DNA of 64,000 bases from Alphaproteobacteria bacterium (lineage in GTDB: Bacteria > Pseudomonadota > Alphaproteobacteria > UBA6615). The stretch is taken from NCBI GenBank assembly GCA_965261975.1, contig CBDHEC010000022.1:32801-96800 (forward strand), given 5' to 3'. Shown one piece after another: positions 30,460 through 40,463 of this stretch. Made by a program: the position numbers and the translations under genes. How positions within the stretch are numbered: the first letter of the stretch is position 1; each line of letters starts with the position of its first letter. Under the pieces are notes generated by a model that had not been told where the DNA came from, did no database searches, and was given only the letters and a program-made list of their open reading frames with translations.

Positions 30460-31560
30460 TCAGTTGAGTTTCAGCAGCTTGGCCGCGTTCTCGCCCAGGA
30501 TGGCGCGCTTCTGATCGTCGGACAGGTTCGAGCCCATGACGTGACCCACCGGGTCGGTTTCCGCCATGTCGTAGGGATAGTCGGTGCCCATGATCACATG
30601 CTCGGCGCCGTAATGATTGGCGAGGAACTCGAGCTGATCGTGGGTAAACACCACGCTGTCGAAATAGAAGCGGTTGAGGCTGTCGCCCGGCACCTTGTCG
30701 GCGCCCAGTTCACGCTGCATGTCGGCGCGCAGCGGATGGGCATGATCGATACGCCCCGGATAGGAACCAAGGAAGCCGCCGCCATGGGCGAGCACAACCT
30801 TGAGGCCCGGATGCCGGTCCATCACCCCGTCGAAGATCAGGTAGTGGACCGCGACCGTGGTCGCCAGCGGGTTGCCGATGATGTTGGAGAAGTAGTGATC
30901 GGCCAGCCGGTCACCCTTGGCGAAGCCCGACGGGTGAATGAAAACGATCACGTCGAGCTCCTCGCACTTGGCCCAGAACGGATCGAGGCCGGCGCGAGAC
31001 AATTCGGTGCCCGCGACGTCGGCGTTGATTTCCACGCCGCGCATCCCCAGCTCCTTGACCGCGCGTTCGAGCTCGGTAACCGCCATCTGCGGGTCCTGCA
31101 GCGGCACGGTGCACAGGCCGACAAACCGATCGGGGTGTTCGCCGACCACATCGGCCAGCTTGTTGTTCACGGTCTGCGCCACCTCGCGGCCCAGGTCTGG
31201 CTCGGCCCAGTAGCAATAATGGTTCGGGGCGGTCGAGATCGCCTGCACGTCCACACCGGTCGCGTCCATCTCGGCCAGACGCAGGGACGAGTCCGTGATC
31301 TTCGGCATGATGTCCTGGCCGTGGGCAATCTGGAACTTGCGGGTCTCGTCGTTGGCGAACCACAGCAGCGGCTCGTTCTTGAGATCGAAGACGTCCTTCA
31401 CCAGCGTGTCCGCCTCGGGCACATGCAGGTGGCAGTGAATATCGACCGTGCGCACGCCGAGTTTCTCGATCTTGACGCTATGGCCGCCCGCATCGCTCGC
31501 GGGAGCGTGGTTGGCTTGGCCGTTTGGATGGGCGTGGTTGTGACCGCATTTGAAAAGCAT
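30460..31560 (-). CDS. Amidohydrolase_2 family protein (tandem paralog)
   Basis: DIHCH, FIHP, AHGGGF, YFDSVV and GTDYPY. Confidence 0.88.
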   Translation of the reverse strand: MLFKCGHNHAHPNGQANHAPASDAGGHSVKIEKLGVRTVDIHCHLHVPEADTLVKDVFDLKNEPLLWFANDETRKFQIAHGQDIMPKITDSSLRLAEMDATGVDVQAISTAPNHYCYWAEPDLGREVAQTVNNKLADVVGEHPDRFVGLCTVPLQDPQMAVTELERAVKELGMRGVEINADVAGTELSRAGLDPFWAKCEELDVIVFIHPSGFAKGDRLADHYFSNIIGNPLATTVAVHYLIFDGVMDRHPGLKVVLAHGGGFLGSYPGRIDHAHPLRADMQRELGADKVPGDSLNRFYFDSVVFTHDQLEFLANHYGAEHVIMGTDYPYDMAETDPVGHVMGSNLSDDQKRAILGENAAKLLKLN

Positions 31561-31779
31561 GTTCGTTCCTTCCCGGCGTTACGGGTTTGATCATGTCTCG
31601 GCTCTATTCTGGGAATATCCCGGTCGCCGGCGGGCGCGATTATACAGAAGGAAAATCACACGGGAAGCTGCAGCAATCGGGTCTCGGTATTTCATCTTCG
31701 CCAGCCCAAATGCTATCTTTTTGAGAATAAGAAAACGAACCTCACACCAGAGAACTCAGCGCTTTCGGGAGAGAACACG

Positions 31780-34104
31780 ATGGCGACCGGTCAATTCGGG
31801 ATTTCACAACATGTCACGCGGCGCGAGGATGCGCGGCTGATCACCGGCGGCGGCAATTATGCCGACGATACAGGAATGAACGGCCAGGCCTTTGCCGCCT
31901 TCCTGCGCTCGCCCGTCGGCCACGCGGATATCAAGGGCATCGACGTGTCGGCCGCGGCGGCCGCACCGGGTGTCATCGGCGTCTATGTCGGCGAAGACCT
32001 CAAGGCCGCCGGTGTCGGCCCGATTCCCAACGTCACACCATTTCTGAACCGCGACGGCTCACCCATGCTCAAGACCCAGCGCCCCGCGGTCGCGGTCGGC
32101 CGGGTCCGCCATGTGGGCGAGATCATCGCGGTGGTGGTCGCCGAGAGCACCGCCCTGGCCCAGGACGCCGTCGACCTGATCGAGCTGGACGTGGACACCC
32201 TCCCCGCCGTCGTCGATATCCGCGACGCATCGGCCGAGGGCGCCATGGAGATCTGGGACGATATCCCCGGCAACATGTGCCTCGATTTCCAGATCGGCGA
32301 CGAGGACAAGGCCAAGGCCGCGATCGAGAATGCCGCCCATGTGGTGAAGCTGACCCTCAGCACGAACCGCCTGATGGCCGCGGCGATGGAGCCGCGTAGT
32401 GCTGTGGCACGCTTCGACGAGATCGAGAGCCGGTACGAACTGATCACCGGCTCCCAGGGCGTGAACGCCATGCGCAACATGCTGGCCGATGCGATCTTCC
32501 AGGTCCCCCACGAAAAAATGCGGGTGCGCACCAATGACGTGGGCGGCGGCTTCGGCATGAAGACACAAGCCTATCCCGAATATGTCGCGATCCTGTTTGC
32601 GGCGAAAGCCACCGGGCGGCCGGTCAAGTGGCAGGGCAGCCGGTCCGAGGCCTTCCTGGCCGACAACCAGGCCCGCGACGGGGTGATGAACGGCAACATG
32701 GCGTTCGATGCCGACGGCAAGATCCAGGGCTTCCGGGTCGACATGATCGCGGCCATGGGCGGGTATCTGTCTTCCCACGGTCCGGCGGCGGCCACGCGGA
32801 ACGTCTGCAACTGCCTGACCGGCTGCTACGACAACCCGGCACTCGAGTTCCAGGTGCAGTGCTACATGACCAACAACATCCCCATCGGCCCCTATCGCGG
32901 GGCCGGTCGCCCGGAAGCGGCCTATATGCTGGAGCGGATGATGGACCAGGCGGCGCGCGAACTCGGCATCGACCGGATCGAACTGCGGCGGCGCAACTTC
33001 ATCAAACCCGCACAGATGCCCTACACGACGTCACTGGCGCAGGTTTACGATTCCGGTGAGTTCGAGGCCGAGATGGACAAGGCGCTGGCGCTCGCCGAAT
33101 GGGACGACTTCCCGGCCCGCCGCGCCGCGTCGGAAGCCAACGGCAAGCTGCGCGGCATCGGCCTGTCCTGCTTCGTCGAAACCGCCGGCGGCATGCTGGA
33201 GGAAGGCGCGAAGCTGAGTTTCGCCGATGACGGCACCGTCGAGGCGCGGCTCGCCGTCCAGTCGAACGGCCAGGGCCACGTCACGTCCTTCGCGCAAGTC
33301 GTGTCCGACCTGCTGCAGGTGCCCTATGACAAGGTGCGCATCGTCGAGGGTGACAGCTTCGAGACACCCGGCACGGGCTTCGCGTCGGTCGCATCGCGCT
33401 CCATGGCATTGGCCAGCGGCGCGATCTCGGTCACCGCCGACGCCGTGATCGCCAAGGGCACGGCACTGGCCAGCCATGTGCTGGAGGCCGCCGAGGCCGA
33501 TATCGAGTATAGCGAGGGTGAATTCCGGGTGTCCGGGACGGACCGGGCGATCGGCATCTTCGAACTCGCCGCGCAGGCCGGATCGGAAGACCTGCCGGAC
33601 GACGCGCCGGACAGCCTCAATTCCGAGGAAGACTTCACATCCCCCGAACAAACCTACCCCAATGGCTGTCACATCTGCGAAGTAGAGATCGACCCGGAGA
33701 CGGGCGTGGTCGAGGTGCTGAAGTATATCGCCGTCGACGATTGCGGCACGGTGATCAACCCGATGATCGTCCACGGACAGGTGCATGGCGGCGTGGCCCA
33801 GGGGCTTGGCCAGATTCTCGGCGAACACGCCATCTATGACGATGACGGCCAGCTCCTCGCCGGCTCCTTCATGGACTACATGATGCCGCGCGCTACCGAC
33901 ATGCCGGATATGAAACTGGGCTTCCATTCAGTGCCCTGCACCACCAACCCGGTGGGCGCCAAGGGTGCGGGCGAAGCCGGCACGACCGGTGCGCTGGCGG
34001 CGGGCATGAATGCCATCGTCGACGCGCTGTCGGTGCGCGGGATCACGGAGCTGGATATGCCCGCGACCCCGCCGCGGGTCTGGGCGGCGCTGCACCAGAA
34101 CTAG
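31780..34104 (+). CDS. Xanthine dehydrogenase-family Mo-binding large subunit (CoxL form II-like)
   Basis: RREDARLITG, VGGGFGMK, PYRGAGRPEA, GQGHVT and GAKGAGEAG. Confidence 0.9.
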   Translation: MATGQFGISQHVTRREDARLITGGGNYADDTGMNGQAFAAFLRSPVGHADIKGIDVSAAAAAPGVIGVYVGEDLKAAGVGPIPNVTPFLNRDGSPMLKTQRPAVAVGRVRHVGEIIAVVVAESTALAQDAVDLIELDVDTLPAVVDIRDASAEGAMEIWDDIPGNMCLDFQIGDEDKAKAAIENAAHVVKLTLSTNRLMAAAMEPRSAVARFDEIESRYELITGSQGVNAMRNMLADAIFQVPHEKMRVRTNDVGGGFGMKTQAYPEYVAILFAAKATGRPVKWQGSRSEAFLADNQARDGVMNGNMAFDADGKIQGFRVDMIAAMGGYLSSHGPAAATRNVCNCLTGCYDNPALEFQVQCYMTNNIPIGPYRGAGRPEAAYMLERMMDQAARELGIDRIELRRRNFIKPAQMPYTTSLAQVYDSGEFEAEMDKALALAEWDDFPARRAASEANGKLRGIGLSCFVETAGGMLEEGAKLSFADDGTVEARLAVQSNGQGHVTSFAQVVSDLLQVPYDKVRIVEGDSFETPGTGFASVASRSMALASGAISVTADAVIAKGTALASHVLEAAEADIEYSEGEFRVSGTDRAIGIFELAAQAGSEDLPDDAPDSLNSEEDFTSPEQTYPNGCHICEVEIDPETGVVEVLKYIAVDDCGTVINPMIVHGQVHGGVAQGLGQILGEHAIYDDDGQLLAGSFMDYMMPRATDMPDMKLGFHSVPCTTNPVGAKGAGEAGTTGALAAGMNAIVDALSVRGITELDMPATPPRVWAALHQN

Positions 34105-34125
34105 CTGCGCGCATATCTCCAACAG

Positions 34126-34155
34126 AAAAGGGCGGGTCCGAGACCCGCCCTTTTT
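34126..34155. terminator. Bidirectional intrinsic terminator
   Basis: AAAAGGGCGGGTC-CGA-GACCCGCCCTTTTT between convergent genes. Confidence 0.85.
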
Positions 34156-34178
34156 GATTCTGATCTGCGAACGAAAGC

Positions 34179-34715
34179 CTAGGCGGCAAGCGGCCGGGCG
34201 TTCAGTGTTTTCATGAACAGATGTGCTGCATGGTAGATCGCCAGGAAGGTACCGATCTCCATGATCTGCGCGTCCGTGTAATGCTCGCGCATCTGGTCGT
34301 AGAAGATCTTGTCGACCTTGTCCGGATCCAGGAAGAGCTGGTCGGAGAACCGCAGCGCCATACGCTCGGCGTCGGTAAAGAGCTCCGAATCCTCGTAATC
34401 GTCGCAACCTGCGTCGATACGCTCTTCGGTCAACCCTTCGGCCATGGCCTTCTTCGAACGCAGCGCCGAGAAATACGGGTCCTCAACGAAACGCGCGAGC
34501 TGGATCCGGATGATCTCCTTGAGCTGGTGATCGACCGTGCCCTTCGTGTGCAGTTCGAGCATCACACCCAACAGCGTCTTCGCCTGGGCCGGGACCCGCG
34601 CGATGATGCGTGGAAACAGCTCATCGGGGACGCCGAGTTCGACGCATCGGGTGATTAGGTCACGGAGTTCGGGATCCTCGATCTGATCGAGTTCCAGGGG
34701 GGCAAGACGCGACAT
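34179..34715 (-). CDS. AhpD/CMD-like protein lacking the CxxC motif
   Basis: GTVDHQLKEIIRIQLARFVEDPYFSALRS...FTDAERMAL...HYTDAQIME. Aligns with the upstream AhpD-like gene but has DPYF where that gene has CSYU. Confidence 0.75.
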   Translation of the reverse strand: MSRLAPLELDQIEDPELRDLITRCVELGVPDELFPRIIARVPAQAKTLLGVMLELHTKGTVDHQLKEIIRIQLARFVEDPYFSALRSKKAMAEGLTEERIDAGCDDYEDSELFTDAERMALRFSDQLFLDPDKVDKIFYDQMREHYTDAQIMEIGTFLAIYHAAHLFMKTLNARPLAA

Positions 34716-35335
34716 TATTCCGCCGCCTCGCCCTGCAGGGATTCGGGTGAATCACCATAGATCGCCATCGATTCTTCCTGGCTCACCAGACGGCCGTCCG
34801 GCGAGAACATGGGATAGAATTTGAGAGATCCGAAGAAGGTGTGGAATCCGAGATTGCCCACAAGGAACATCCCCAGCTCTGCAATTTCATCTTCACTCAG
34901 ATGGGCCCGAAGGTCATCCCAATCCGCATCGCTGAATGAGTCCACATCCGTGGACACTTTCTCGACATAGCGCATGATGGCCTTCTCCTTTTCGGTGAAG
35001 ACATCGCTGCCGGCATGATTGTTGATGCCGTCGTCGAGGAGTTTTTCGTCAAGTCCATCCCGCTTCGCCGAAGCAGACCGAACATTGCCTCAATAACTGC
35101 AATGGGCCATGCGCGACAGCATCACCCGGATTACCTCTTTGAGCTTGTGGTCGAGGGCACCCTCGTTGAACACACTAACCCAGAACAGATAGGCCTTTTC
35201 GGCCAGATCGACATTATGCCCCATGACCGCGTGGAAGCCGGGATCCGGCGCACGCAGTTCGAGGGATTTCTCGATATACGGTTTGAGCTTCGTATTCTTC
35301 AGCTCTTCGATATCGAGCAGGGTGATATTCGGCAT
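34715..35335 (-). CDS. AhpD/CMD-like selenoprotein (CxxU, Sec82), 206 aa via UGA recoding
   Basis: ORF 35090-35335 ends ...LSRMAHCSY-TGA (35092-35090). The frame continues without a stop as GNVRSASAKRDGLDEK...FTEKEKAIMRY...HLSEDEIAEL to 34715. A hairpin follows the TGA and sel genes are nearby. Confidence 0.88.
35053..35089 (-). promoter_or_regulatory. Putative bacterial SECIS element of the AhpD-like gene
   Basis: After the UGA: ...CTGCTTC-GGC-GAAGCGG stem-loop with a G-starting loop at +21. Confidence 0.65.
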
Positions 35336-35378
35336 ATCGCTCTCTCAATCATTTGGTGCTGATGCACCTTAGCAAAAA

Positions 35379-35708
35379 TCAGGCGTGTTCTTCGATGGCC
35401 TTCTTGAGCACCTGGCGGCGGTCGACGCCGGTCCGGGTCTCGACGACCTCTCCATCCTTGAAAAACATCAGGGTCGGGAAACCGCGCACGCCGTAGCGTG
35501 TCAGAAGGTCGAGATTCTCGTCACCGTCAACGGTGCCGATCACCACATTCTCGGGCAGTTCGTCGTTGACCTGCCCAAGGATCTTCTTGAGCTGTTTGCA
35601 GGGCACACAGGTCTTCGACCAGAAATCGACGACCGTCAGTCCGTCGCGGCCGAGGACTTCGCTGTCGAAATTGGAATCGTCAAATACCGAAAGGTCTTCC
35701 AACGCCAT
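35379..35708 (-). CDS. Thioredoxin family protein (atypical WSKTCVPC site)
   Basis: FDSEVL, VVDFWSKTCVPCK and YGVRGFPTLMFFKDG. Confidence 0.88.
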   Translation of the reverse strand: MALEDLSVFDDSNFDSEVLGRDGLTVVDFWSKTCVPCKQLKKILGQVNDELPENVVIGTVDGDENLDLLTRYGVRGFPTLMFFKDGEVVETRTGVDRRQVLKKAIEEHA

Positions 35709-35923
35709 GGGACACTCCGTTTCCTGTTTATCTGCCCCATTATATAGAGAACGGAAAGATTGCGAACAAACGCACAGCTGTCACAAATGCTATGCGTGGG
35801 GCTCGGCACGGATCGCCGGAATTCCGCGATTTTTCGAGGGCCGGGATTCGCCACGCCGCAACGTCTCACGCCCGCTGCGCGGTCCAGCCATGCACATGCT
35901 GCACTTCAACGGCACGGGAACGA

Positions 35924-37075
35924 CTACCTGGTGGGGACTTGTGACAATTCTTTCGCCGCCGTGGCCGCTGCATCCAGAGCGCTGGGCGCCGCGGCGCGCG
36001 ACCAGTCACGAAGCAGCGTGACCCCGGCGGCCCGCAGTTCGGTGACAAACATATCGACGGCAGCACTTCCGGGTCGACCGGCGGCATCATTCGCCGTCGC
36101 CCATTGCTGTGCCAGGGGGGCCAGGCTATCGGCCCATTGGAACCGGCGTGTCTTGAGCAATTTGGTGGTTCGCACGCCCTGGGCCTTAAGGTCGGCGAGC
36201 GCATTATCTCCGGCCTCGCAGTAAGCCTGCGCCGCGCTTTGGGTGAACGCCGTACGCGTCTCATCGATCGCGGTTCGCACCGCTTCGGGCAGCGCGGCCA
36301 GAGCCTCGGTGTTCACATTCAGCACATACGGCACCTGGGCGCCGAACCCGGTTCGCGTGTAGTGGTCCGCATCGCGTTTCAGGCCGAGCCTGCCCATCTC
36401 GCTGGTCGGCAAAACGGCGGCACCGAGCACACCGGCCTCCATGCGCGCACCCATCGTATCGTCGGGCAGGCGCTGGGGGATGCCCTGAACACCCGCGATC
36501 CAGGCCTCCAGCCGGTCGACCATCCCCACCTTCAGCCCGCGCACTTCGGCGGCGTTGCGGATCGGCTGGACCGAAATGAAGTTGTACCCGTCGCTGGCGA
36601 TGCCCGACACGAAGGTCTGGCGCGCCGCAGACATGGCGTCGGTCATGCCGCCAATTTGTTCATGCACCCTTTGGTAAGCCGCACCGACAATCACGCATGC
36701 TTCCGTCGTGAACGGCATCTGGAAGGTCAGGTTCTGTAGCGGCAGCCGGCCTGTCTCATGGTTCACGGTCACGATTCCGAATAACGCCAGGTCATCTTCA
36801 AGGGCTTCAAGCACGCCGCCCATCCGGGTCAGGGTGCCGCCATGCATTTCATCCCAGACGATCTCGCCCGCCCCGGCTTCGGCCACTCGGCGGGTGACCT
36901 CCGCCTGAAAATGAGTCCGCACAATATCGGGGACGGCATGGTTCGCCGCCAGTCCGCTCGTCACAGACAGGCGCAGAGGTTCCGGGGCCTGAGGTTCGGC
37001 CGCATGCGATACGGCAAACGGCGTCAGGGTAAATGCCGACAGGGCCACGCCTGTCAGGGCGATTCGTACACTCAT
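35924..37075 (-). CDS. TRAP transporter substrate-binding protein (DctP-like), orphan
   Basis: Signal peptide; HGGTL...VLEALED and PIRNAAEVRGLKV. Confidence 0.7.
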   Translation of the reverse strand: MSVRIALTGVALSAFTLTPFAVSHAAEPQAPEPLRLSVTSGLAANHAVPDIVRTHFQAEVTRRVAEAGAGEIVWDEMHGGTLTRMGGVLEALEDDLALFGIVTVNHETGRLPLQNLTFQMPFTTEACVIVGAAYQRVHEQIGGMTDAMSAARQTFVSGIASDGYNFISVQPIRNAAEVRGLKVGMVDRLEAWIAGVQGIPQRLPDDTMGARMEAGVLGAAVLPTSEMGRLGLKRDADHYTRTGFGAQVPYVLNVNTEALAALPEAVRTAIDETRTAFTQSAAQAYCEAGDNALADLKAQGVRTTKLLKTRRFQWADSLAPLAQQWATANDAAGRPGSAAVDMFVTELRAAGVTLLRDWSRAAAPSALDAAATAAKELSQVPTR

Positions 37076-37204
37076 TTCGGCGCCTCGTTCCTTCCTGGAG
37101 TCGGCCCACACGCCCGATCTGCGGGCGCATGTCTGCGCTTTGCATCGCTTATTGTGCGGACAAAAGGTTAATCAAGCGCATACGGTGGAGACAGGGAGGC
37201 AGAC

Positions 37205-37774
37205 ATGAAAACAATCGACATCGGTCCCGACGGCATGGCCGAACACATCGTGCGGTTCAACGAGTTGCGACCCAAGCAGGGCAACTACGCGTCCCTGGGC
37301 ATTCCCACCGAAGCCTATGAGATGCTGACCGCGAAGACCCTCTACAGCCTGCTCGCCCCGGAGAGCGCCGCTGGGTCCCACCAATTCACGTCGGCGAAGG
37401 GCCCGGATGGCCTGTCCCTGTCGATCGCCGAATGCCCGCCCGGCGACGGCCCGATGCTGCACGCTCACATGGAGACCCACGAGATTTTCTTCTGTCTCGA
37501 GGGACAGTTCGAGGTCAGCTGGGGCGACGCGGGAGAATATTCAACCGTGCTCAAGCAATTCGACATGGTCGATGTACCACTCGGCGTCACCCGTGCCTTC
37601 TGCAATGTGGGCGACGACACCGCGTTGCTGCTCGTGATCATCCTCGGCGGCAACCAGAACGATATCGGCTATGCGAAAACCGTGGGCGATCAGGTGGCCG
37701 AAAAATATGGCGCAGACGTGCGCGATGCGATCGAGACCCATACGTCCATGAAGTTCAACGTGGGAGCAGACTGA
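37205..37774 (+). CDS. Cupin domain protein
   Basis: PPGDGPMLHAHMETHEIFFCLEG...VPLGVTRAFCN. Confidence 0.85.
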   Translation: MKTIDIGPDGMAEHIVRFNELRPKQGNYASLGIPTEAYEMLTAKTLYSLLAPESAAGSHQFTSAKGPDGLSLSIAECPPGDGPMLHAHMETHEIFFCLEGQFEVSWGDAGEYSTVLKQFDMVDVPLGVTRAFCNVGDDTALLLVIILGGNQNDIGYAKTVGDQVAEKYGADVRDAIETHTSMKFNVGAD

Positions 37775-38298
37775 TGTCGACACGCACCCCCTATAAACGG
37801 CGCGCGGGCGAAGGCATCGAAATGTCCGCCGCGGATGTCGCACGTTCGGTTGCCCGCTTCGACGAGCTCGCACCGGACCCAGACGCGTTTCGCGACGCAA
37901 ATGACCCGGATATGCGCCTCGGCATCCGCTGGGTAGTTTCACCCAACGGCATGGCGGGGCCCGCAGCCATCGAGGCGCCGCACTCGTTCCATCTCTGCTA
38001 CATCCAGTCCGAGCCCGGCCATCACCCCGTACTGCACGCCCACGAGTACACCGAGACCTTCATCTGCATGCGCGGCCAGTACACGATCCACTGGGGTAAC
38101 GAGGGCGAGAACAAGGTGGTCCTGGATCCCTACGACACCTTCTCGGTGCCGCCGCACCTGATGCGCTCCGTCGAGAACACCGGCGACGAGGTAGGCATGG
38201 TGATGGTGATCTATGGCGACCATCCCGACCCGAATGCCGGGATTGTGGTTCCGCAATCAATCATCGATGCCGACGAGGCCGCCGGCCGCGATATCTAG
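37774..38298 (+). CDS. Cupin domain protein (paralog, translationally coupled)
   Basis: TGATG overlap; EPGHHPVLHAHEYTETFICMRG...VPPHLMRSVEN. Confidence 0.85.
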   Translation: MSTRTPYKRRAGEGIEMSAADVARSVARFDELAPDPDAFRDANDPDMRLGIRWVVSPNGMAGPAAIEAPHSFHLCYIQSEPGHHPVLHAHEYTETFICMRGQYTIHWGNEGENKVVLDPYDTFSVPPHLMRSVENTGDEVGMVMVIYGDHPDPNAGIVVPQSIIDADEAAGRDI

Positions 38299-38313
38299 CA
38301 GCGTTCCGTCCAC

Positions 38314-39336
38314 CTATTCTGCTGCGGCGCCCCGCCCGGTCAGATCGAACGCGTCGGCCAGCAATTCGTATGACCGCAACCGGGTTTCGAAATTATAGGT
38401 GATCGTGAGGACGAGCAGCTCCTCGAAGCCGTGTTCGTCGGCGAATGCCGAAAGCTGATCGTGCAGGCCTTCGGGCGTGCCGGTAAACCGGTTGGCCTTG
38501 TTCGCCTCGACGATCTCCAGTTCCTGCGCGTTGTAATCATAGGCCAGCGCTTCATCGGGATGGGCGTAGGGCAGATGCTGCCCATAATTGAGCTTGAGGC
38601 GCCACAGATCGCGGCTGGCGGCCAGATAATCCGCCTCTTCCTGGGTGTCGGCGCAGATGACAAACACGCCGGCATTGGTCCGCGGTGCCGCAAGCTTTCC
38701 GGAGGGTTGGAAATTCTCGCGATAATATTTGAGCACCGGTGCGGTGACCTGGGGCGCGATGAAATGCGCAAAGGAATAGGCCAACCCGAAATGCGCCGCA
38801 TAGGCCGCGCTCTGATCACTGGAGCCGAGCAGCCATACCTCCGGCGCCTCGGCGACAACCGGCGTGGCACGAACATCCTTGAAAGGTTTCGTCGCGGGCG
38901 TTTCATCGGCCAGAAACGCGACCATGTCAGCGATCTTGGTCGGGAAATACTCGATCCCGACTTCGCTGCCATAGGCGAGTGCGGCCGCGGTGACCCCGTC
39001 GCTACCCGGCGCGCGGCCGATCCCAAGATCGATCCGACCCGGATACAGATTCTCCAGCAGCTTGAAATTCTCCGCCACCTTGAGCGGTGAGTAATGGCTG
39101 AGCATCACCCCGCCCGAGCCGACCCGGATGTGCTCCGTCGCCGCGGCGACCCGGGTCACCATGATCTCCGGCGATGAGCCGGCAAAGCCCGCGGTGCCGT
39201 GATGTTCGGCCAACCAGTAACGGGTGTAGCCCAACCGCTCGGCCGCTTGTGCCAGCGCGATGGTTTCTTCGAGCGCCTGGCGGGCATCCCCGTCCTGGCG
39301 GACCGGGGACTGATCGAGGACCGAGAGTTTCACCAT
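38314..39336 (-). CDS. Luciferase-like (LLM) flavin-dependent oxidoreductase
   Basis: KLSVLDQSP, WLAEHH, GSGGVML and GRIDLGIGRAPG. Confidence 0.9.
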   Translation of the reverse strand: MVKLSVLDQSPVRQDGDARQALEETIALAQAAERLGYTRYWLAEHHGTAGFAGSSPEIMVTRVAAATEHIRVGSGGVMLSHYSPLKVAENFKLLENLYPGRIDLGIGRAPGSDGVTAAALAYGSEVGIEYFPTKIADMVAFLADETPATKPFKDVRATPVVAEAPEVWLLGSSDQSAAYAAHFGLAYSFAHFIAPQVTAPVLKYYRENFQPSGKLAAPRTNAGVFVICADTQEEADYLAASRDLWRLKLNYGQHLPYAHPDEALAYDYNAQELEIVEANKANRFTGTPEGLHDQLSAFADEHGFEELLVLTITYNFETRLRSYELLADAFDLTGRGAAAE

Positions 39337-39376
39337 CGGGATCTTCCCATCCTGTCGAGATTGTCGAGGGATCGCT

Positions 39377-40267
39377 TCACTGGTCGCCCTCCCGCGGAAG
39401 CGGCCGCAGGAAAACAGTCGCAAGAATACCCACGGTCACGATCAACGCACCGGCGATGTTGAGACCCGTCGGGATTTCGCCGAGGAACGGGATCGCAGCG
39501 AACAGTGCCAGCGCGGGCACGAGCGACCCGACGGCGGCCTGGCGGGTCGGGCCGATGGTCCGGACCGCATAGGCATGCCCGAAAATACACAAGAACGCCC
39601 CGAACACGCCGTGCACCACCGACTGCATGACGATGTCGCCAAACGGCGCGGTGATCAGCGTCGAGGGCAGGAACAGCAACCAGATCGGGACGTAGATCAG
39701 GGCGTTACCAATCAGGAGTGCCGCGAGCGACTGCATGACGGTCAGCCGCCCCGCGCGCATGCTGCCATACCAAATCGCGACCCATAGCGCCGCGCCGACA
39801 AACAGCAGGTGACCGCGCCACTGGCCGGCCACGCCACCATCGGCGAACGCATCCCAGCCGACCGCGCCGACCCCGATGACGATCGTGGCAATTCCCGCCC
39901 ACTGCCAGCGCCCGGGTCGCTCGCCGACCCAGGCCCAGGCCACGAGCGCGGCGAAAACCGGCAGCGCGCCATACATCACAACCGACGCATGGCCCACCGG
40001 TGCGAAAATCATGCCGGCGAAAAGCATCAGGATAAACGGTGCGCCGCCGAAGAAGGCAACGAGCGCATGGTCGCGCAACCGCACACGCCAGGGGTAGTAC
40101 CGAACCAGCAGGGGCACGGCGAGGATCACGGCGACCCCCATGCGCAGGCCCGCGAGATCGTAGATCGTGAGCGCGTCGGTGGTCGCACCGAGCCGACCGG
40201 CGATCAACATCACGACAACGCACGCGACGGTGCCGAGGCCGGCCGCTATTCCTCCCCAATCTTTCAT
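39377..40267 (-). CDS. EamA/DMT family transporter
   Basis: Ten TM segments; two EamA repeats (WVGERP, FLGEIP). Confidence 0.8.
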   Translation of the reverse strand: MKDWGGIAAGLGTVACVVVMLIAGRLGATTDALTIYDLAGLRMGVAVILAVPLLVRYYPWRVRLRDHALVAFFGGAPFILMLFAGMIFAPVGHASVVMYGALPVFAALVAWAWVGERPGRWQWAGIATIVIGVGAVGWDAFADGGVAGQWRGHLLFVGAALWVAIWYGSMRAGRLTVMQSLAALLIGNALIYVPIWLLFLPSTLITAPFGDIVMQSVVHGVFGAFLCIFGHAYAVRTIGPTRQAAVGSLVPALALFAAIPFLGEIPTGLNIAGALIVTVGILATVFLRPLPREGDQ

Positions 40268-40463
40268 TTGAGCTTCCTACAACCGATCCTGTGCGCTGGT
40301 GCCGTCTTTCAATCCGGTCGTCCGGACGACCCCGGTCGGAGCGAATTCGTAACCGTCGGGCACAATTGAAACAATGGGCATGGCAGATAATCACAGGTGT
40401 TGGTCGCTGGGGAGAGTATATCAGCCTTGATCGAAGCTGCCGCGAACGGAACAATCACGACCC

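Noticed and set aside
31780-34104. Bona fide aerobic CO dehydrogenase (form I coxL)
   Set aside because: The active-site loop is PYRGAGR rather than AYxCSFR, and no coxM/coxS genes are adjacent.
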